The notes below the pieces were generated by a model. It was given only the letters and a program-made list of their open reading frames with translations, was not told where the DNA came from and did no database searches. Position numbers and translations under genes: made by a program. From positions 6,034-70,033 of the forward strand of contig CAWVWE010000006.1 in NCBI GenBank assembly GCA_963933975.1: DNA of 64,000 bases, written 5' to 3'. The stretch comes from an uncultured Cryomorphaceae bacterium (GTDB lineage Bacteria > Bacteroidota > Bacteroidia > Flavobacteriales > Schleiferiaceae). How positions within the stretch are numbered: the stretch's first letter is position 1; each line of letters opens with the position of its first letter. This document shows, piece after piece, positions 18,946 through 28,441 of this stretch.

Positions 18946-20346
18946 TTATTTCTTACTTAGGAAGTCAAAAAGTAATCTAACACCAATCCCGGTGCCTCCT
19001 TCAACTTGATAACCGACACGCTTGCTTAAGAATGCAGGACCGGCTATATCCAAGTGAATATAGGGGTAATCTGTAAAGTGCTCTAAAAATTTACCGGCTG
19101 TAATGGCACCACCTTCTGCACCTCCTATGTTTTTTAGATCGGCGATTGGGCTTTTCAATAAATCCTTGTATTCATCCCAAAACGGAAACTCTACCACGCG
19201 TTCACGCGTCAGGTGACCACTTTCTTGTAAGGCTGACATTTCCGTAGATGGTGCATTTCCCATACCCACTATCGCATAACGGCCAATCGCACGGGCAGCT
19301 GCACCCGTTAACGTAGCGAGATCGATCACTAATTCTGGATTGTAGCGTTTTGCGTAAACCAAGGCATCGGCTAAAATTAATCGGCCTTCTGCATCTGTGT
19401 TTAATACCTCAACCGTTGTTCCATCAGAAATGGTAATAACATCCCCTGGAGTAACGGCATTTCCACCAGGTCTGTTGTCCGTAGCAGGGACAAGTCCAAT
19501 GATATGGAGCGGAAGTTGTGCTTCTGCAATAGCGCTCATAGCACCTAGAACAGCCGCGGCACCTCCCATGTCACTTTTCATAGTGTCCATAAAGTTAGAA
19601 GGCTTTAGGCTTAATCCACCTGTGTCGTAGACCACACCTTTCCCAACCAATACTATCGGCTTGGAATTTGTGGCGCCATCTGGCTTGTGCTCCATTATGA
19701 TAAATGTAGGAGGTTCAGGAGATCCATAATTGACCGCCAATAAACCGCCCATTTTTAAGCTTTCAATTTGTTTTTTCTCTAAAACCTCTACAGAGAAACC
19801 ATGACGTTTCCCAGCTTCACGTGCTTCATGAGCGAGTTGGGTTGCGGTAAGATCAATTACCGGCCTGTTTACCAGGTCTCTTGCGAACAATGTGCCCATA
19901 GTAGAAATCGCAATGGCACGCATTACAGGAGAATCGGCCTGAGCGACCTCAAGTTGCACTAACGAATTTCTTCTTTTGTGTGCATCTGAGAAATAGCGTA
20001 AGAACTGATAGTTTCCTAAAATAGCTCCTTCGGCGATTTCAGTGTCATAAACACCTTCTAGGCGAACACGATCATAAGCAAGAGCGTTTAATTTTAGGGC
20101 CAATTGATTTCCGGCTAACCGCATCTTTTCTGCGCGTTCAACCTTTGTGTATTCTTTCGTGATTTTATAAATCCAAACAGTGCTACTGGCCTCTTGCAGT
20201 TCCATCCATTTTTCATCAAATTTTCCCCCAAAATGCGCCATGCGTTTAATGGCATCTGCTGAAATGAAGCCTGAGATTTCTTTTTCAGTGGAGTAAACAA
20301 TAGCACGCGGTCCATTGTAATCAGAAGTATATGTTGTGATTTTCAT
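18946..20346 (-). CDS. pepA: Leucyl aminopeptidase (M17 family)
   Basis: VGKGVVYDTGGLSLKP, MKSDMGGAAAV and NTDAEGRLILADAL are present. Confidence 0.92.
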   Translation of the reverse strand: MKITTYTSDYNGPRAIVYSTEKEISGFISADAIKRMAHFGGKFDEKWMELQEASSTVWIYKITKEYTKVERAEKMRLAGNQLALKLNALAYDRVRLEGVYDTEIAEGAILGNYQFLRYFSDAHKRRNSLVQLEVAQADSPVMRAIAISTMGTLFARDLVNRPVIDLTATQLAHEAREAGKRHGFSVEVLEKKQIESLKMGGLLAVNYGSPEPPTFIIMEHKPDGATNSKPIVLVGKGVVYDTGGLSLKPSNFMDTMKSDMGGAAAVLGAMSAIAEAQLPLHIIGLVPATDNRPGGNAVTPGDVITISDGTTVEVLNTDAEGRLILADALVYAKRYNPELVIDLATLTGAAARAIGRYAIVGMGNAPSTEMSALQESGHLTRERVVEFPFWDEYKDLLKSPIADLKNIGGAEGGAITAGKFLEHFTDYPYIHLDIAGPAFLSKRVGYQVEGGTGIGVRLLFDFLSKK

Positions 20347-20366
20347 TTTGAAATCTATTTAAGTGT

Positions 20367-20374
20367 CAAATGTA
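20367..20374 (-). promoter_or_regulatory. Candidate -7 promoter box (TAcaTTTG on the minus strand) for pepA-pdxA
   Basis: The plus strand reads caaatgta, 21 nt upstream of the ATG at 20346. Confidence 0.45.
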
Positions 20375-20403
20375 CTATTTTAACCAACCATAAAGAAGAA
20401 CCC

Positions 20404-21000
20404 ATGTTTACTGGAATCATAGAAAAATTAGGCACAATTGCCAAAGTTGATAGATTAGGTGGAAATTTAGAATTGTTTGTGCATTCTGAGCTCGCCAAAG
20501 AGTTGAAAATAGATCAAAGTGTAGCACATAATGGCATTTGCCTTACTGTAGTAGAAATTTTTGGCGACCGTACCTACCGAGTTACGGCGATTGATGAAAC
20601 CATCGACAAGACCAACATAGGAGACCTTAAAGAGGGTTCAAAAGTAAACTTAGAACGGTGTATGACCATGGGAGCTAGGTTAGATGGTCACATCGTACAA
20701 GGCCACGTCGATCAGGTGGGTGTTTGTAAGGACATCGAAGAAGTCGATGGATCTTGGATTTTCGGATTTTCGTATGATGATTCATTAGGAAATGTTACCG
20801 TAGAAAAGGGGTCAATTACCGTAAATGGGACCTCTTTAACCGTGATTAAATCAATAAAGGGCGGTTTTAGTGTTGCCATTATTCCATTTACTTACGATCA
20901 CACCGTTTTTCATGAGTTAAACGTTGGAGATAGCGTTAACTTAGAGTTTGACATCATAGGAAAATATGTCGCTAGAATGATAGACGGGTATATAAAATGA
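20404..21000 (+). CDS. ribE: Riboflavin synthase (alpha chain)
   Basis: It opens with MFTGIIE. The internal lumazine-binding repeat shows NGICLTV and VNGTSLTV. Length is 198 aa. Confidence 0.92.
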   Translation: MFTGIIEKLGTIAKVDRLGGNLELFVHSELAKELKIDQSVAHNGICLTVVEIFGDRTYRVTAIDETIDKTNIGDLKEGSKVNLERCMTMGARLDGHIVQGHVDQVGVCKDIEEVDGSWIFGFSYDDSLGNVTVEKGSITVNGTSLTVIKSIKGGFSVAIIPFTYDHTVFHELNVGDSVNLEFDIIGKYVARMIDGYIK

Positions 21001-21689
21001 ACCAATTGAAAAAAGTCGGCGTATTGGATGATGAACAACTCGCGATTGACGGGTTGGTCTATCAATTAAAAAAAGAACTTCCTGAAGCGATAGTTCATGG
21101 CTCTCAGTACCCAAAACCTTTTGAAGAATGGTGCAAAAATGAACGACCAGAATTGGTATTTTTAGACATGGAGATGCCAAGCGCAATGGGACTGGACGTT
21201 GCAAAACGGATACAGCCCTTTGTTGGAAACATCGTTTTTGTTACCGCGCACAGCCATTACAGTTTGGAGGCATATGAAACTGCTGTAGATTATATATTGA
21301 AGCCAGTTGTAGCTAGTAGATTAAGACAAGCGTTAGATAAAATTGCAGATTTAAAACCGATGCCTGTTTTTCAAGAAAAATTGGTTCGCATCCCTATTAA
21401 AGGCTCCTTTCGCGGGGTTCAAGAGCGTGAAATCATGTTGTTAAAAGGTCAAAGAAATTACACGGAGGTCGTTATGACGAATGGCGAGAGTTACTTAGTG
21501 GCTCGAACCCTGAAAAAATTCTCAGAGAGTTTGAGTAACAGGTTTTGGCGCGTTCACAAGGGCACTATTGTTCGAAGCGATGCTGTGCAAGACATTAAAT
21601 GGGGATCTAAACCCCAATTGACATTGAGTAACGGATTGGTTGTAGAAGCCGCAAAAACGAGATTGAATGAATTGGGCCTTCAAGCATAG
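20997..21689 (+). CDS. LytTR-family two-component response regulator
   Basis: The receiver domain has VLDDE and LVFLDMEMP (phospho-acceptor Asp). The C-terminal LytTR DNA-binding domain shows RIPIK...I..L.G..NYTEV and FWRVHKGTIV. The ATG overlaps the ribE stop (ATGA). Confidence 0.85.
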   Translation: MNQLKKVGVLDDEQLAIDGLVYQLKKELPEAIVHGSQYPKPFEEWCKNERPELVFLDMEMPSAMGLDVAKRIQPFVGNIVFVTAHSHYSLEAYETAVDYILKPVVASRLRQALDKIADLKPMPVFQEKLVRIPIKGSFRGVQEREIMLLKGQRNYTEVVMTNGESYLVARTLKKFSESLSNRFWRVHKGTIVRSDAVQDIKWGSKPQLTLSNGLVVEAAKTRLNELGLQA

Positions 21690-23316
21690 TATACTTCTAA
21701 TAGCATTGCTCTTAATCCTTGTTACGGGGTGCAAGGATGACTATTTAACACCCCCTGCCCAGATCGTATACTATAACACTTTGCCTGACAGCGCTGTTGA
21801 AAGCTCACACATACTTTCGGAACTGTTAAGTGATAGCGATACGAGAACTCGTGCATGGGCATCGTATATGCAAAGCCGTAAGTTGATTCGTCAGTCTGAG
21901 TTTATTGCGGCGCTTCCGTATATTGAAAACGCAGAGTACTTATTTAGAGATTTAAATGACCAGTTGGGATTGTCTAAAACCTTACATTATAAGGCTCACG
22001 CCTATTGGAGTATAGGGGCACATTCCAATAATATTCTAGAGTTTTGTAAAGAAGCCATTTCTTTGGCACCTCCGGACAGGTGGTCGACGTATTCAGGAAA
22101 TCTGAGTATTTATTTACAAGAAATGGGATATCATAAAGAAGTCCTTAATTTGAGTGACACCTTGTTACCTATGTTCAAGGGAGTACAGGCAAACCTGAGC
22201 GAGGCCTATGCAGTAAGAGCCGTATCACTTCATGCACTTCAGGGAGACACTCAAGAGATTGATACGCTCATCAATGTGGCCCTGAATGAAATCAGGTTTT
22301 TGGGCCAGATAGATCGTCAACACGTTTACCAACTTGCACTTTATTTGGGTGCCCTCAGTCAAAAACAGTTAGCAGCCTGTGTTATCTATGCTCAGAAAAT
22401 AAAATCGTCATCTTTAGAAGTTAAAGCGCGGGAACAACTGGTTGAAAGTCATCTTTTAGGAGAGAGTACGGATCAATCAAATCGAGCACTAATTAATGCC
22501 TATAAGTTGGCCACTAGAAATTCAGAAAGACTCAAGGAAGAGTTTGTGTTTTACGAACTTGAAAGAGGTAAAAGATCTAAACTGAGAGAAACGGAAGCGG
22601 CGGAATTTAAACAGAAAACAACCGTAGTCACGGCCATGTCGATAATAGCCGCATTGTTGGCCTTTGTGCTCATATACAAAAATCAGAACGTGGCTGATCA
22701 GGCGCGTATTAATGAGCAAGATGCCGTTTTAATGTTAGAAAGTTACAAGAATAGAATCCGCCCTCATTTTCTTTTCAATCAATTAAACAATGTAAATAGC
22801 TTTCTAAATCAAGAGAAATTAGTGGAAGCGCAAGAGTATATAGGCTTATTAAGCGAGCACCTTAGGTTTTTATTGGAGAACAGTAACGATAAGTTAAGTA
22901 CCATCTCTCAAGAGATTGATCGATTGAAAAAATATGTGGAGCTCCAACAGAAAGCGACCAGCGATAAAATCGAAATTCGGTTTAGTATAGCCGAAGAAAG
23001 CCTTCCTATAATTATACCAACGGGCTTATTCCAGCCTTTAGTGGAAAACAGTTTTAAGTACGCCGGGAACACTAAGTTTTCTGAAGTGTACATTCAAATT
23101 TCCGTTGAGGCTAGGGATAATAAAGTCAGTATTCAAATAGAGGATTCTGGATATGGTTTCATGGAACGCTCATCAGGAACGGGTCAAGGATTAAAATTGA
23201 TAGAAGACCGTATTGCCTTTAATAAATCCATAAGTCCTCGGCCAGAGCTATGGACGTTAAGTACGAATTTTGGGAAAAGAAAAAGCACCGTGAATATCAC
23301 GATGCCTCTTACTTAA
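21667..23316 (+). CDS. Sensor histidine kinase (LytS/YehU-type His_kinase domain) with an N-terminal TPR-like extracytoplasmic domain
   Basis: It has a signal/lipobox-like N-terminus (LILVTGCKDD) and one TM segment (VVTAMSIIAALLAFVLIY). IRPHFLFNQLNNVNSF is the PF06580-type H-box. A HATPase region follows (LVENSFKY, GQGLKLIEDR). It overlaps the regulator gene by 23 nt. Confidence 0.8.
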   Translation: MNWAFKHSILLIALLLILVTGCKDDYLTPPAQIVYYNTLPDSAVESSHILSELLSDSDTRTRAWASYMQSRKLIRQSEFIAALPYIENAEYLFRDLNDQLGLSKTLHYKAHAYWSIGAHSNNILEFCKEAISLAPPDRWSTYSGNLSIYLQEMGYHKEVLNLSDTLLPMFKGVQANLSEAYAVRAVSLHALQGDTQEIDTLINVALNEIRFLGQIDRQHVYQLALYLGALSQKQLAACVIYAQKIKSSSLEVKAREQLVESHLLGESTDQSNRALINAYKLATRNSERLKEEFVFYELERGKRSKLRETEAAEFKQKTTVVTAMSIIAALLAFVLIYKNQNVADQARINEQDAVLMLESYKNRIRPHFLFNQLNNVNSFLNQEKLVEAQEYIGLLSEHLRFLLENSNDKLSTISQEIDRLKKYVELQQKATSDKIEIRFSIAEESLPIIIPTGLFQPLVENSFKYAGNTKFSEVYIQISVEARDNKVSIQIEDSGYGFMERSSGTGQGLKLIEDRIAFNKSISPRPELWTLSTNFGKRKSTVNITMPLT

Positions 23317-23410
23317 ACTAGTTAACAGCTTTGGTTCCTTGGTTAGGAGTCGTAAATTTAATAAAGCCGTGCCTTTAAACAACAATGAACTTATCGTAAC
23401 GGCACTGAAT

Positions 23411-24364
23411 TTATCGTAGCGCGAATTGTAATGTGTTCATGTTCCCGCCACAAAGAATTATTCCAGCTTTACCCGTACTGTGATGTTTTAAAGCTGCTGC
23501 AATTCCTGCCGCAGCAGAAGGCTCGATAAACTGCTTTAATCTAGACAAACAAATGTGCCAAGCATTTTCCAACTCTTCTTCACTGAGGAGGATAATATCA
23601 CTTACATGATTTAGTATAATGGGAAAATTTCTCACTCCTAAAGAGGTGCGAAGACCATCTGCAATGGTGTTTGGTTTTGTCACGGGTACCCACGTTTTGG
23701 AATTAAAGCTTTGATACGCGTCATCCGCATTGCTAGGTTCGCATCCAATCACTTTTGCTTTTCCGAAATAATAATTTGCCAAAGACGCACCAGCGAGTAG
23801 ACCACCACCACCCACAGGTATAAAAAGCCAGTCTAAATCTGGATGCTCTTGTAGTAGTTCAAGGGTCGCTGTGGCCTGACCGGCGATGATATCGTAGTTG
23901 TCATAGGGATGGATGAACAGTGCTCCAGTAGCGTTTTGTAATTCAGCGGCGGTATGCTCTCTATCTTTTAGAGTGGGTTCGCAAAAGGAGATGATACCGC
24001 CATATTCTTTAACAGCATCAATTTTTGCTTGAGGGGCGTTTGACGGCATGACAACATAGGCAGGAGCTCCAATTTGTCCAGCAGCCCAGGCCAAGGCGGC
24101 ACCATGATTCCCCGAACTATGTGTTATAAAACCAGATACTTGTGCACTGTCTTTATGAATAAGTACGGCGTTCATTGCGCCGCGCGCTTTAAAAGCCCCG
24201 GTTTTCTGAAGGTGCTCTCCTTTCAGTAGGCATGACTTATTTGACATAGCGTCAAAGGCTTTTGAGGTAAAAACAGGTGTCTTGTGAATGTACGGTGCAA
24301 TGCGGTTTTGGGCATCAATAATGTCCTGGCCTGAAGGTACTTGTTGAAGGGATTGTGCTGTCAT
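23411..24364 (-). CDS. PLP-dependent threonine/serine dehydratase-family enzyme (no ACT regulatory domain)
   Basis: HLQKTGAFKARGA (PLP Lys), HSSGNHGAALA and PVGGGGL are present. At 317 aa it is a catalytic domain only. Confidence 0.8.
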   Translation of the reverse strand: MTAQSLQQVPSGQDIIDAQNRIAPYIHKTPVFTSKAFDAMSNKSCLLKGEHLQKTGAFKARGAMNAVLIHKDSAQVSGFITHSSGNHGAALAWAAGQIGAPAYVVMPSNAPQAKIDAVKEYGGIISFCEPTLKDREHTAAELQNATGALFIHPYDNYDIIAGQATATLELLQEHPDLDWLFIPVGGGGLLAGASLANYYFGKAKVIGCEPSNADDAYQSFNSKTWVPVTKPNTIADGLRTSLGVRNFPIILNHVSDIILLSEEELENAWHICLSRLKQFIEPSAAAGIAAALKHHSTGKAGIILCGGNMNTLQFALR

Positions 24365-27175
24365 TTATCGGAAATATTCAAGTTTTGCAGGCTCTAAAAA
24401 AGGGTCCTCTGTAAGGAGTTGATATTCTAGAAAGGACATGAGCTCAGATTCAAACTCTAATAACATAACCTCTGTAATATCATTCTTATTATGGAGTAAG
24501 GAGCCTCTCAATAGCTGTTCTGGAGCGCTACTTTGGAGCTTGAACATTCCAGACCGCCACGGCAAAGGAGTATTAAACGAACCGGTTTTGTATAAAAGCC
24601 ATGCATACAAGAGCACTTGCATGGCCTTAGGCTTGCTCCCCGCCCATAGTTGGCCGTAGCTTGAGATACTTAGGTCATCTTTTTTTATGGACCCGGTTTT
24701 ATAGTCCCAAATAGTTAGGGTTCCATGGTCTATTTCTATTCGATCAACATATCCGCTAAATTTCAGCGGTAACTGAAGTGTTGGATGTTGCATTTCGAAA
24801 TCCAGTTTTGTTTCAATTCCTTTCAGAATAACATGACCTGACTTTCCTCTAAGCGCATCATAGGAAAAGAACTGGTGAAGCATTTTTCGGCAAACCTCAG
24901 TGGTGACAAGGTTGCGCCCCTGAACCAGGGCAGACTTAGAATATCCTTTGGTCACTAAATATAAAAGTCCGATTTCTAGCGCTCGCTCAGTCCATTCCTC
25001 AACGTCTATTTTGGGAAGGGGCTTGCCAACATATGGCTTATAGAGCTCCTCTAGTCCCTTATGAACCAGGTTCCCCATCATTAATGCCGACATAGACTCC
25101 TCAACTGCTTCTTCCTCTTTTATTCTAATGAGTCTACGTTGATAAAACAGGTGTGGTCTTTCTGCCAATTCATTTAGGCTAGAAGCACTCATGCCACGCG
25201 ACATCCAATCTTTAATAGCTTCTTTTACTTCGCTAGTTCTCGCGGCTGAAAATCGCTCTTCAATGGAATGTGGATGCAATGGCCCATTGTGAAATACACG
25301 ATCTTTAACGAGGCAATTGGTCCCATTAAGTTCATGTTCTAATTGTATGATATATCTACTTGCCTCACCACCGCCCATGGCGTCTTTATCCGTGTTGTAA
25401 GTTATGACGGCTTCGTCACAACGCTGTAGTATTCTATAAAAGTGATAGGCGTAAACCGCATCTTTCTGCTCGTAGGTAGGTAGGCCGTATTGTTGTTTTA
25501 AATCATAAGGCAGTAAAGAATTGAAGTTTCTCCCTGCTGGAAGTATGCCTTCATTAACACCAGCGAGTATAACGTAAGGAAAATCCAGCGTCCGAGATTC
25601 TAAGATCCCCATGACCTGAAGTCCTTCAAGCGGCTCTCCTACAAAATCTATAGTGCCGGCACGAAGTTGCTGCTTTAGAAGCTTGAAGAGCGCCAACTCT
25701 TCCGGCAAAGTATCACCTAAAGTTCGCTGGAGCTGCTCGAGAAGCGTGTGTAGTTTATAGGCGGTGTTGATGATCATTACATCAGTCGACTCCTTTTCAG
25801 CGACGTGTTTCAGCCAGATTTTCATTGGTTCAAGCAAATCTAAACCTTCTCTTGGCACAAGAATTTGGTGGTAAGCTAGAGGTCCTTCAGACAGCTTTGC
25901 CGTCCATTCTTTGTCATTGGTAAAGACCCGGTTTGCTTTAACGATATCTCTATTCCAGTCTTGTGGGTTCGAGGTTGTTTGATTGTCAGTATTCCAATAC
26001 TTATTAAATAAAGGATCCGTGAGAAGGGCAGATAGTGAACGGTGGTAAAACGTCCATCGATTTGAATTTTTCTTGTTTTTCAACGCGTATTCTACCACAG
26101 TCATCCACAACCTGAGTGTGGCAGCTACAGGAGTTTGATCAAGCGGATACCCCATGGTGATATTGACTTTATCATAACCTTCAGGTAAAAAGCTCAATAC
26201 AGGGTTGAGTAAGGTCTCATCAGTTAAAATAACGGCAATGTCCTGTGGGGCAACGCCCATGTCGCGCCAACGTTCTAGGGTATGGGCGATGGCTTTGGCT
26301 TGTCCTGAATATTGGCTGGCACCAATGGGTTGAATCACCTTTGTAACGTGTTTAAGGGAACTCTTTAAGCCCTTGCTTGAGGGAGTGTCGCTACCAAAAA
26401 CTTTCTGGCGAGATTGGTGCTGCCTAAAAAATAGTCCAGCTTCGTGCTCCGGCATCTCCATATAATGTGCATCCACGTCCCACAAAACTTTTGATGTAGC
26501 TACTTTTCGAAGCTCAGAAATGATGGTCAATTCGGCGGTGTTTAATGCATTTAATCCGGCAACGACAACATGCTTTATCCCGTTTCTGTTGAGAAAAAGA
26601 TCAACCAGACTTGGTGTCTCCGCAAGTTTTCTAGCAGCTAGTCCGCTATAGGACTCCCCTTTTTCAATAAGACTGGAGGTAAATAGATTGTAGGTGTCTG
26701 GAAGCAGTGCAATGAAATCTGAATAGCGGTGCATCAGCGCCGTTTGCTCTTCAATAGACAGGTCCCATTCAGCGAGCTTTTGAACATTGTATAGATCACC
26801 AAGCACGTTTTCAGGATCTAATAAGTAACGATCAATTTCCCCAAAATCAGAGAGTAGAGTTTGTCCCCAAGACAAAAAACTACCTAAAGATTCAGGTTCA
26901 CGATCAGGAAAAGCTTCCAGTCTAACGGTTCCATAGCATTTGTAGAGCTCAAGCATTAGAACTAATGGTTCCACTACCAGTAGCTGTGCTGCATTTGCTA
27001 TAAAGCTATCCACGGTACTAAATAAGGGAAGCAAAGTAGGTTCTTGCATATGCGGCTTTAACGCCTCACGTAAGAAGAGCTCTGCCCGTTGATTTGGAAG
27101 CAGCACCAGGGTTTCATGAAGAGGCTGAGGGCCGTCTAGAAGCTCTTGTGCAATCCGCTGAATAAAGGTTTGCAT
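24365..27175 (-). CDS. PD-(D/E)XK nuclease-family protein, AddB/RexB-like (inactive-helicase scaffold plus C-terminal nuclease)
   Basis: It is 936 aa. The C-terminal FSGYVDRIEIDHGTLTIWDYKTGS is the RecB-type nuclease motif (D...D-Y-K). No Walker A motif is visible at the N-terminus, and the C-terminal ~110 aa (nuclease motif onward) contain no Cys at all, so no C-terminal Fe-S cysteine cluster is visible. Confidence 0.65.
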   Translation of the reverse strand: MQTFIQRIAQELLDGPQPLHETLVLLPNQRAELFLREALKPHMQEPTLLPLFSTVDSFIANAAQLLVVEPLVLMLELYKCYGTVRLEAFPDREPESLGSFLSWGQTLLSDFGEIDRYLLDPENVLGDLYNVQKLAEWDLSIEEQTALMHRYSDFIALLPDTYNLFTSSLIEKGESYSGLAARKLAETPSLVDLFLNRNGIKHVVVAGLNALNTAELTIISELRKVATSKVLWDVDAHYMEMPEHEAGLFFRQHQSRQKVFGSDTPSSKGLKSSLKHVTKVIQPIGASQYSGQAKAIAHTLERWRDMGVAPQDIAVILTDETLLNPVLSFLPEGYDKVNITMGYPLDQTPVAATLRLWMTVVEYALKNKKNSNRWTFYHRSLSALLTDPLFNKYWNTDNQTTSNPQDWNRDIVKANRVFTNDKEWTAKLSEGPLAYHQILVPREGLDLLEPMKIWLKHVAEKESTDVMIINTAYKLHTLLEQLQRTLGDTLPEELALFKLLKQQLRAGTIDFVGEPLEGLQVMGILESRTLDFPYVILAGVNEGILPAGRNFNSLLPYDLKQQYGLPTYEQKDAVYAYHFYRILQRCDEAVITYNTDKDAMGGGEASRYIIQLEHELNGTNCLVKDRVFHNGPLHPHSIEERFSAARTSEVKEAIKDWMSRGMSASSLNELAERPHLFYQRRLIRIKEEEAVEESMSALMMGNLVHKGLEELYKPYVGKPLPKIDVEEWTERALEIGLLYLVTKGYSKSALVQGRNLVTTEVCRKMLHQFFSYDALRGKSGHVILKGIETKLDFEMQHPTLQLPLKFSGYVDRIEIDHGTLTIWDYKTGSIKKDDLSISSYGQLWAGSKPKAMQVLLYAWLLYKTGSFNTPLPWRSGMFKLQSSAPEQLLRGSLLHNKNDITEVMLLEFESELMSFLEYQLLTEDPFLEPAKLEYFR

Positions 27176-27183
27176 GAACTAGT

Positions 27184-27777
27184 TTATTGGAAAATATTGC
27201 TTCCCTCAATGTAGTCAAAAACTGCTTTTGGAAGCAAATTCTTTAAGGGTTTTCCTTCCCTAAAACTAGTTCTAATGAGTGTTGCACTGATCTCCATTCT
27301 AGGCGCGTCAACTATGGTTGCCCTTGGATAGGAATCTTGCCAAGTATTTTGAAGCTTTTCGCCGTCTAAAACTTTGTGACGTGGATAGACGAGGATGTCG
27401 TGGTTAGACGTAATACTCTCCACGTTCTTCCATTTATGTAGTCCTTCCAGATTGTCTTCGCCCATGATCAGCGTAAAATTCTGTCCGGGATGTTTTTCCC
27501 TTAAGTACGCTAATGTCTGTGCCGTATAATTTGGCTGGGGTAGGTAAAACTCTATGTCCGAAGCATGTATCCCTTTTTGCTGGTCAAGGGCAAGGTTGAC
27601 TAAATGCAAACGTTCTCTATCTGGAAGCAGGTTGCTTTTCTGTTTAAACGGATTATGCGGGGTAACGACAAACCAAACCTCATCGAGGTCACTATAGTTT
27701 AATAAGTACTCTGCTAGGGCTAAATGTCCAATGTGGACTGGATTGAAACTCCCAAAGAAAAGGCCTGTATTCTTCAT
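27184..27777 (-). CDS. nadD: Nicotinate-nucleotide adenylyltransferase
   Basis: GLFFGSFNPVHIGH (the HxGH motif) and ISATLIR are present. Length is 197 aa. Confidence 0.9.
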   Translation of the reverse strand: MKNTGLFFGSFNPVHIGHLALAEYLLNYSDLDEVWFVVTPHNPFKQKSNLLPDRERLHLVNLALDQQKGIHASDIEFYLPQPNYTAQTLAYLREKHPGQNFTLIMGEDNLEGLHKWKNVESITSNHDILVYPRHKVLDGEKLQNTWQDSYPRATIVDAPRMEISATLIRTSFREGKPLKNLLPKAVFDYIEGSNIFQ

Positions 27778-28352
27778 GGTTTGCTCAAGAATTCCGAAAG
27801 AATCTCTTCCGCTTGGAGCTGTGCTGTTTTCAAGTCATCGTTAATAATGATCGTATCAAACTCTACTGCGCGCTCCATTTCTAGTGTAGATTTCGCAAGG
27901 CGCTCCGCAATTTTTGCTTCATTGTCTGTTTTTCTATTTCGAAGACGCTGCGCCAGCACTTCGACACTTGGAACCTGAATAAATACGGCAAGAGCACGTT
28001 CTTTGAAGCGCTTTTTGAGGTTTATAGAGCCTTCCACGTCTATATCAAATATAACCGTCTTGCCCTCGTCCCAAAGTCGCTCAATTTCAGAAGCCAGCGT
28101 TCCATAATAGGTGTCTTTATAGACTTCTTCCCATTCTAAGAATTGATTGCTTTTAGCTCTTTGAAGAAAGTCAGAACTCGTTAAAAAATAGTACTCGCGA
28201 CCTTCTTTTTCCTCACCTCTAGGTGGACGTGAAGTTGCTGATATACTGAAGCTCAGTTGAGGAAACCTTGGAATGAGGTACTGGACCAAAGTCGATTTTC
28301 CGGCACCGGAGGGCGCGGAGAAGATGACCATTTTTCCTGTTGTATTACCCAT
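27774..28352 (-). CDS. gmk: Guanylate kinase
   Basis: FSAPSGAGKSTL (P-loop), ATSRPPRGEE and EYYF are present. It overlaps nadD by 4 nt. Confidence 0.92.
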   Translation of the reverse strand: MGNTTGKMVIFSAPSGAGKSTLVQYLIPRFPQLSFSISATSRPPRGEEKEGREYYFLTSSDFLQRAKSNQFLEWEEVYKDTYYGTLASEIERLWDEGKTVIFDIDVEGSINLKKRFKERALAVFIQVPSVEVLAQRLRNRKTDNEAKIAERLAKSTLEMERAVEFDTIIINDDLKTAQLQAEEILSEFLSKP

Positions 28353-28377
28353 GTACTATCGAGGTATTTGCTCATCT

Positions 28378-28385
28378 CAAAGGTA
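28378..28385 (-). promoter_or_regulatory. Candidate -7 promoter box (TAccTTTG on the minus strand) for the gmk-nadD-nuclease-dehydratase operon
   Basis: The plus strand reads caaaggta, 26 nt upstream of the ATG at 28352. Confidence 0.45.
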
Positions 28386-28441
28386 GTTGAGTTGTAGGGA
28401 ATGTTCCATATATTTAATTAAATTACCTAAGACTTCATATA

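Noticed and set aside
20347-20403. A possible FMN riboswitch upstream of ribE.
   Set aside because: The spacer is only 57 nt, far too short for the ~130-nt or longer FMN aptamer, and no conserved FMN-element helices are visible. The spacer holds a minus-strand promoter box for pepA instead.
23317-23425. A direct repeat (ttatcgtaac at 23391-23400 and ttatcgtagc at 23411-23420) and a weak gtgcc/ggcac pairing lie between the convergent kinase and dehydratase genes.
   Set aside because: The repeat is only 9 of 10 nt, and its second copy lies inside the dehydratase coding end. The stem is 5 bp with a ~27-nt loop. This is not convincing as a terminator, a repeat element or an att site.
24365-27175. 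The large PD-(D/E)XK protein as part of an anti-phage defence system.
   Set aside because: Its neighbours are housekeeping genes (gmk, nadD, a dehydratase) in tight operon spacing. There is no methyltransferase, ATPase/helicase partner, toxin or mobile-element context. Its architecture fits a recombination-repair AddB/RexB-like protein.
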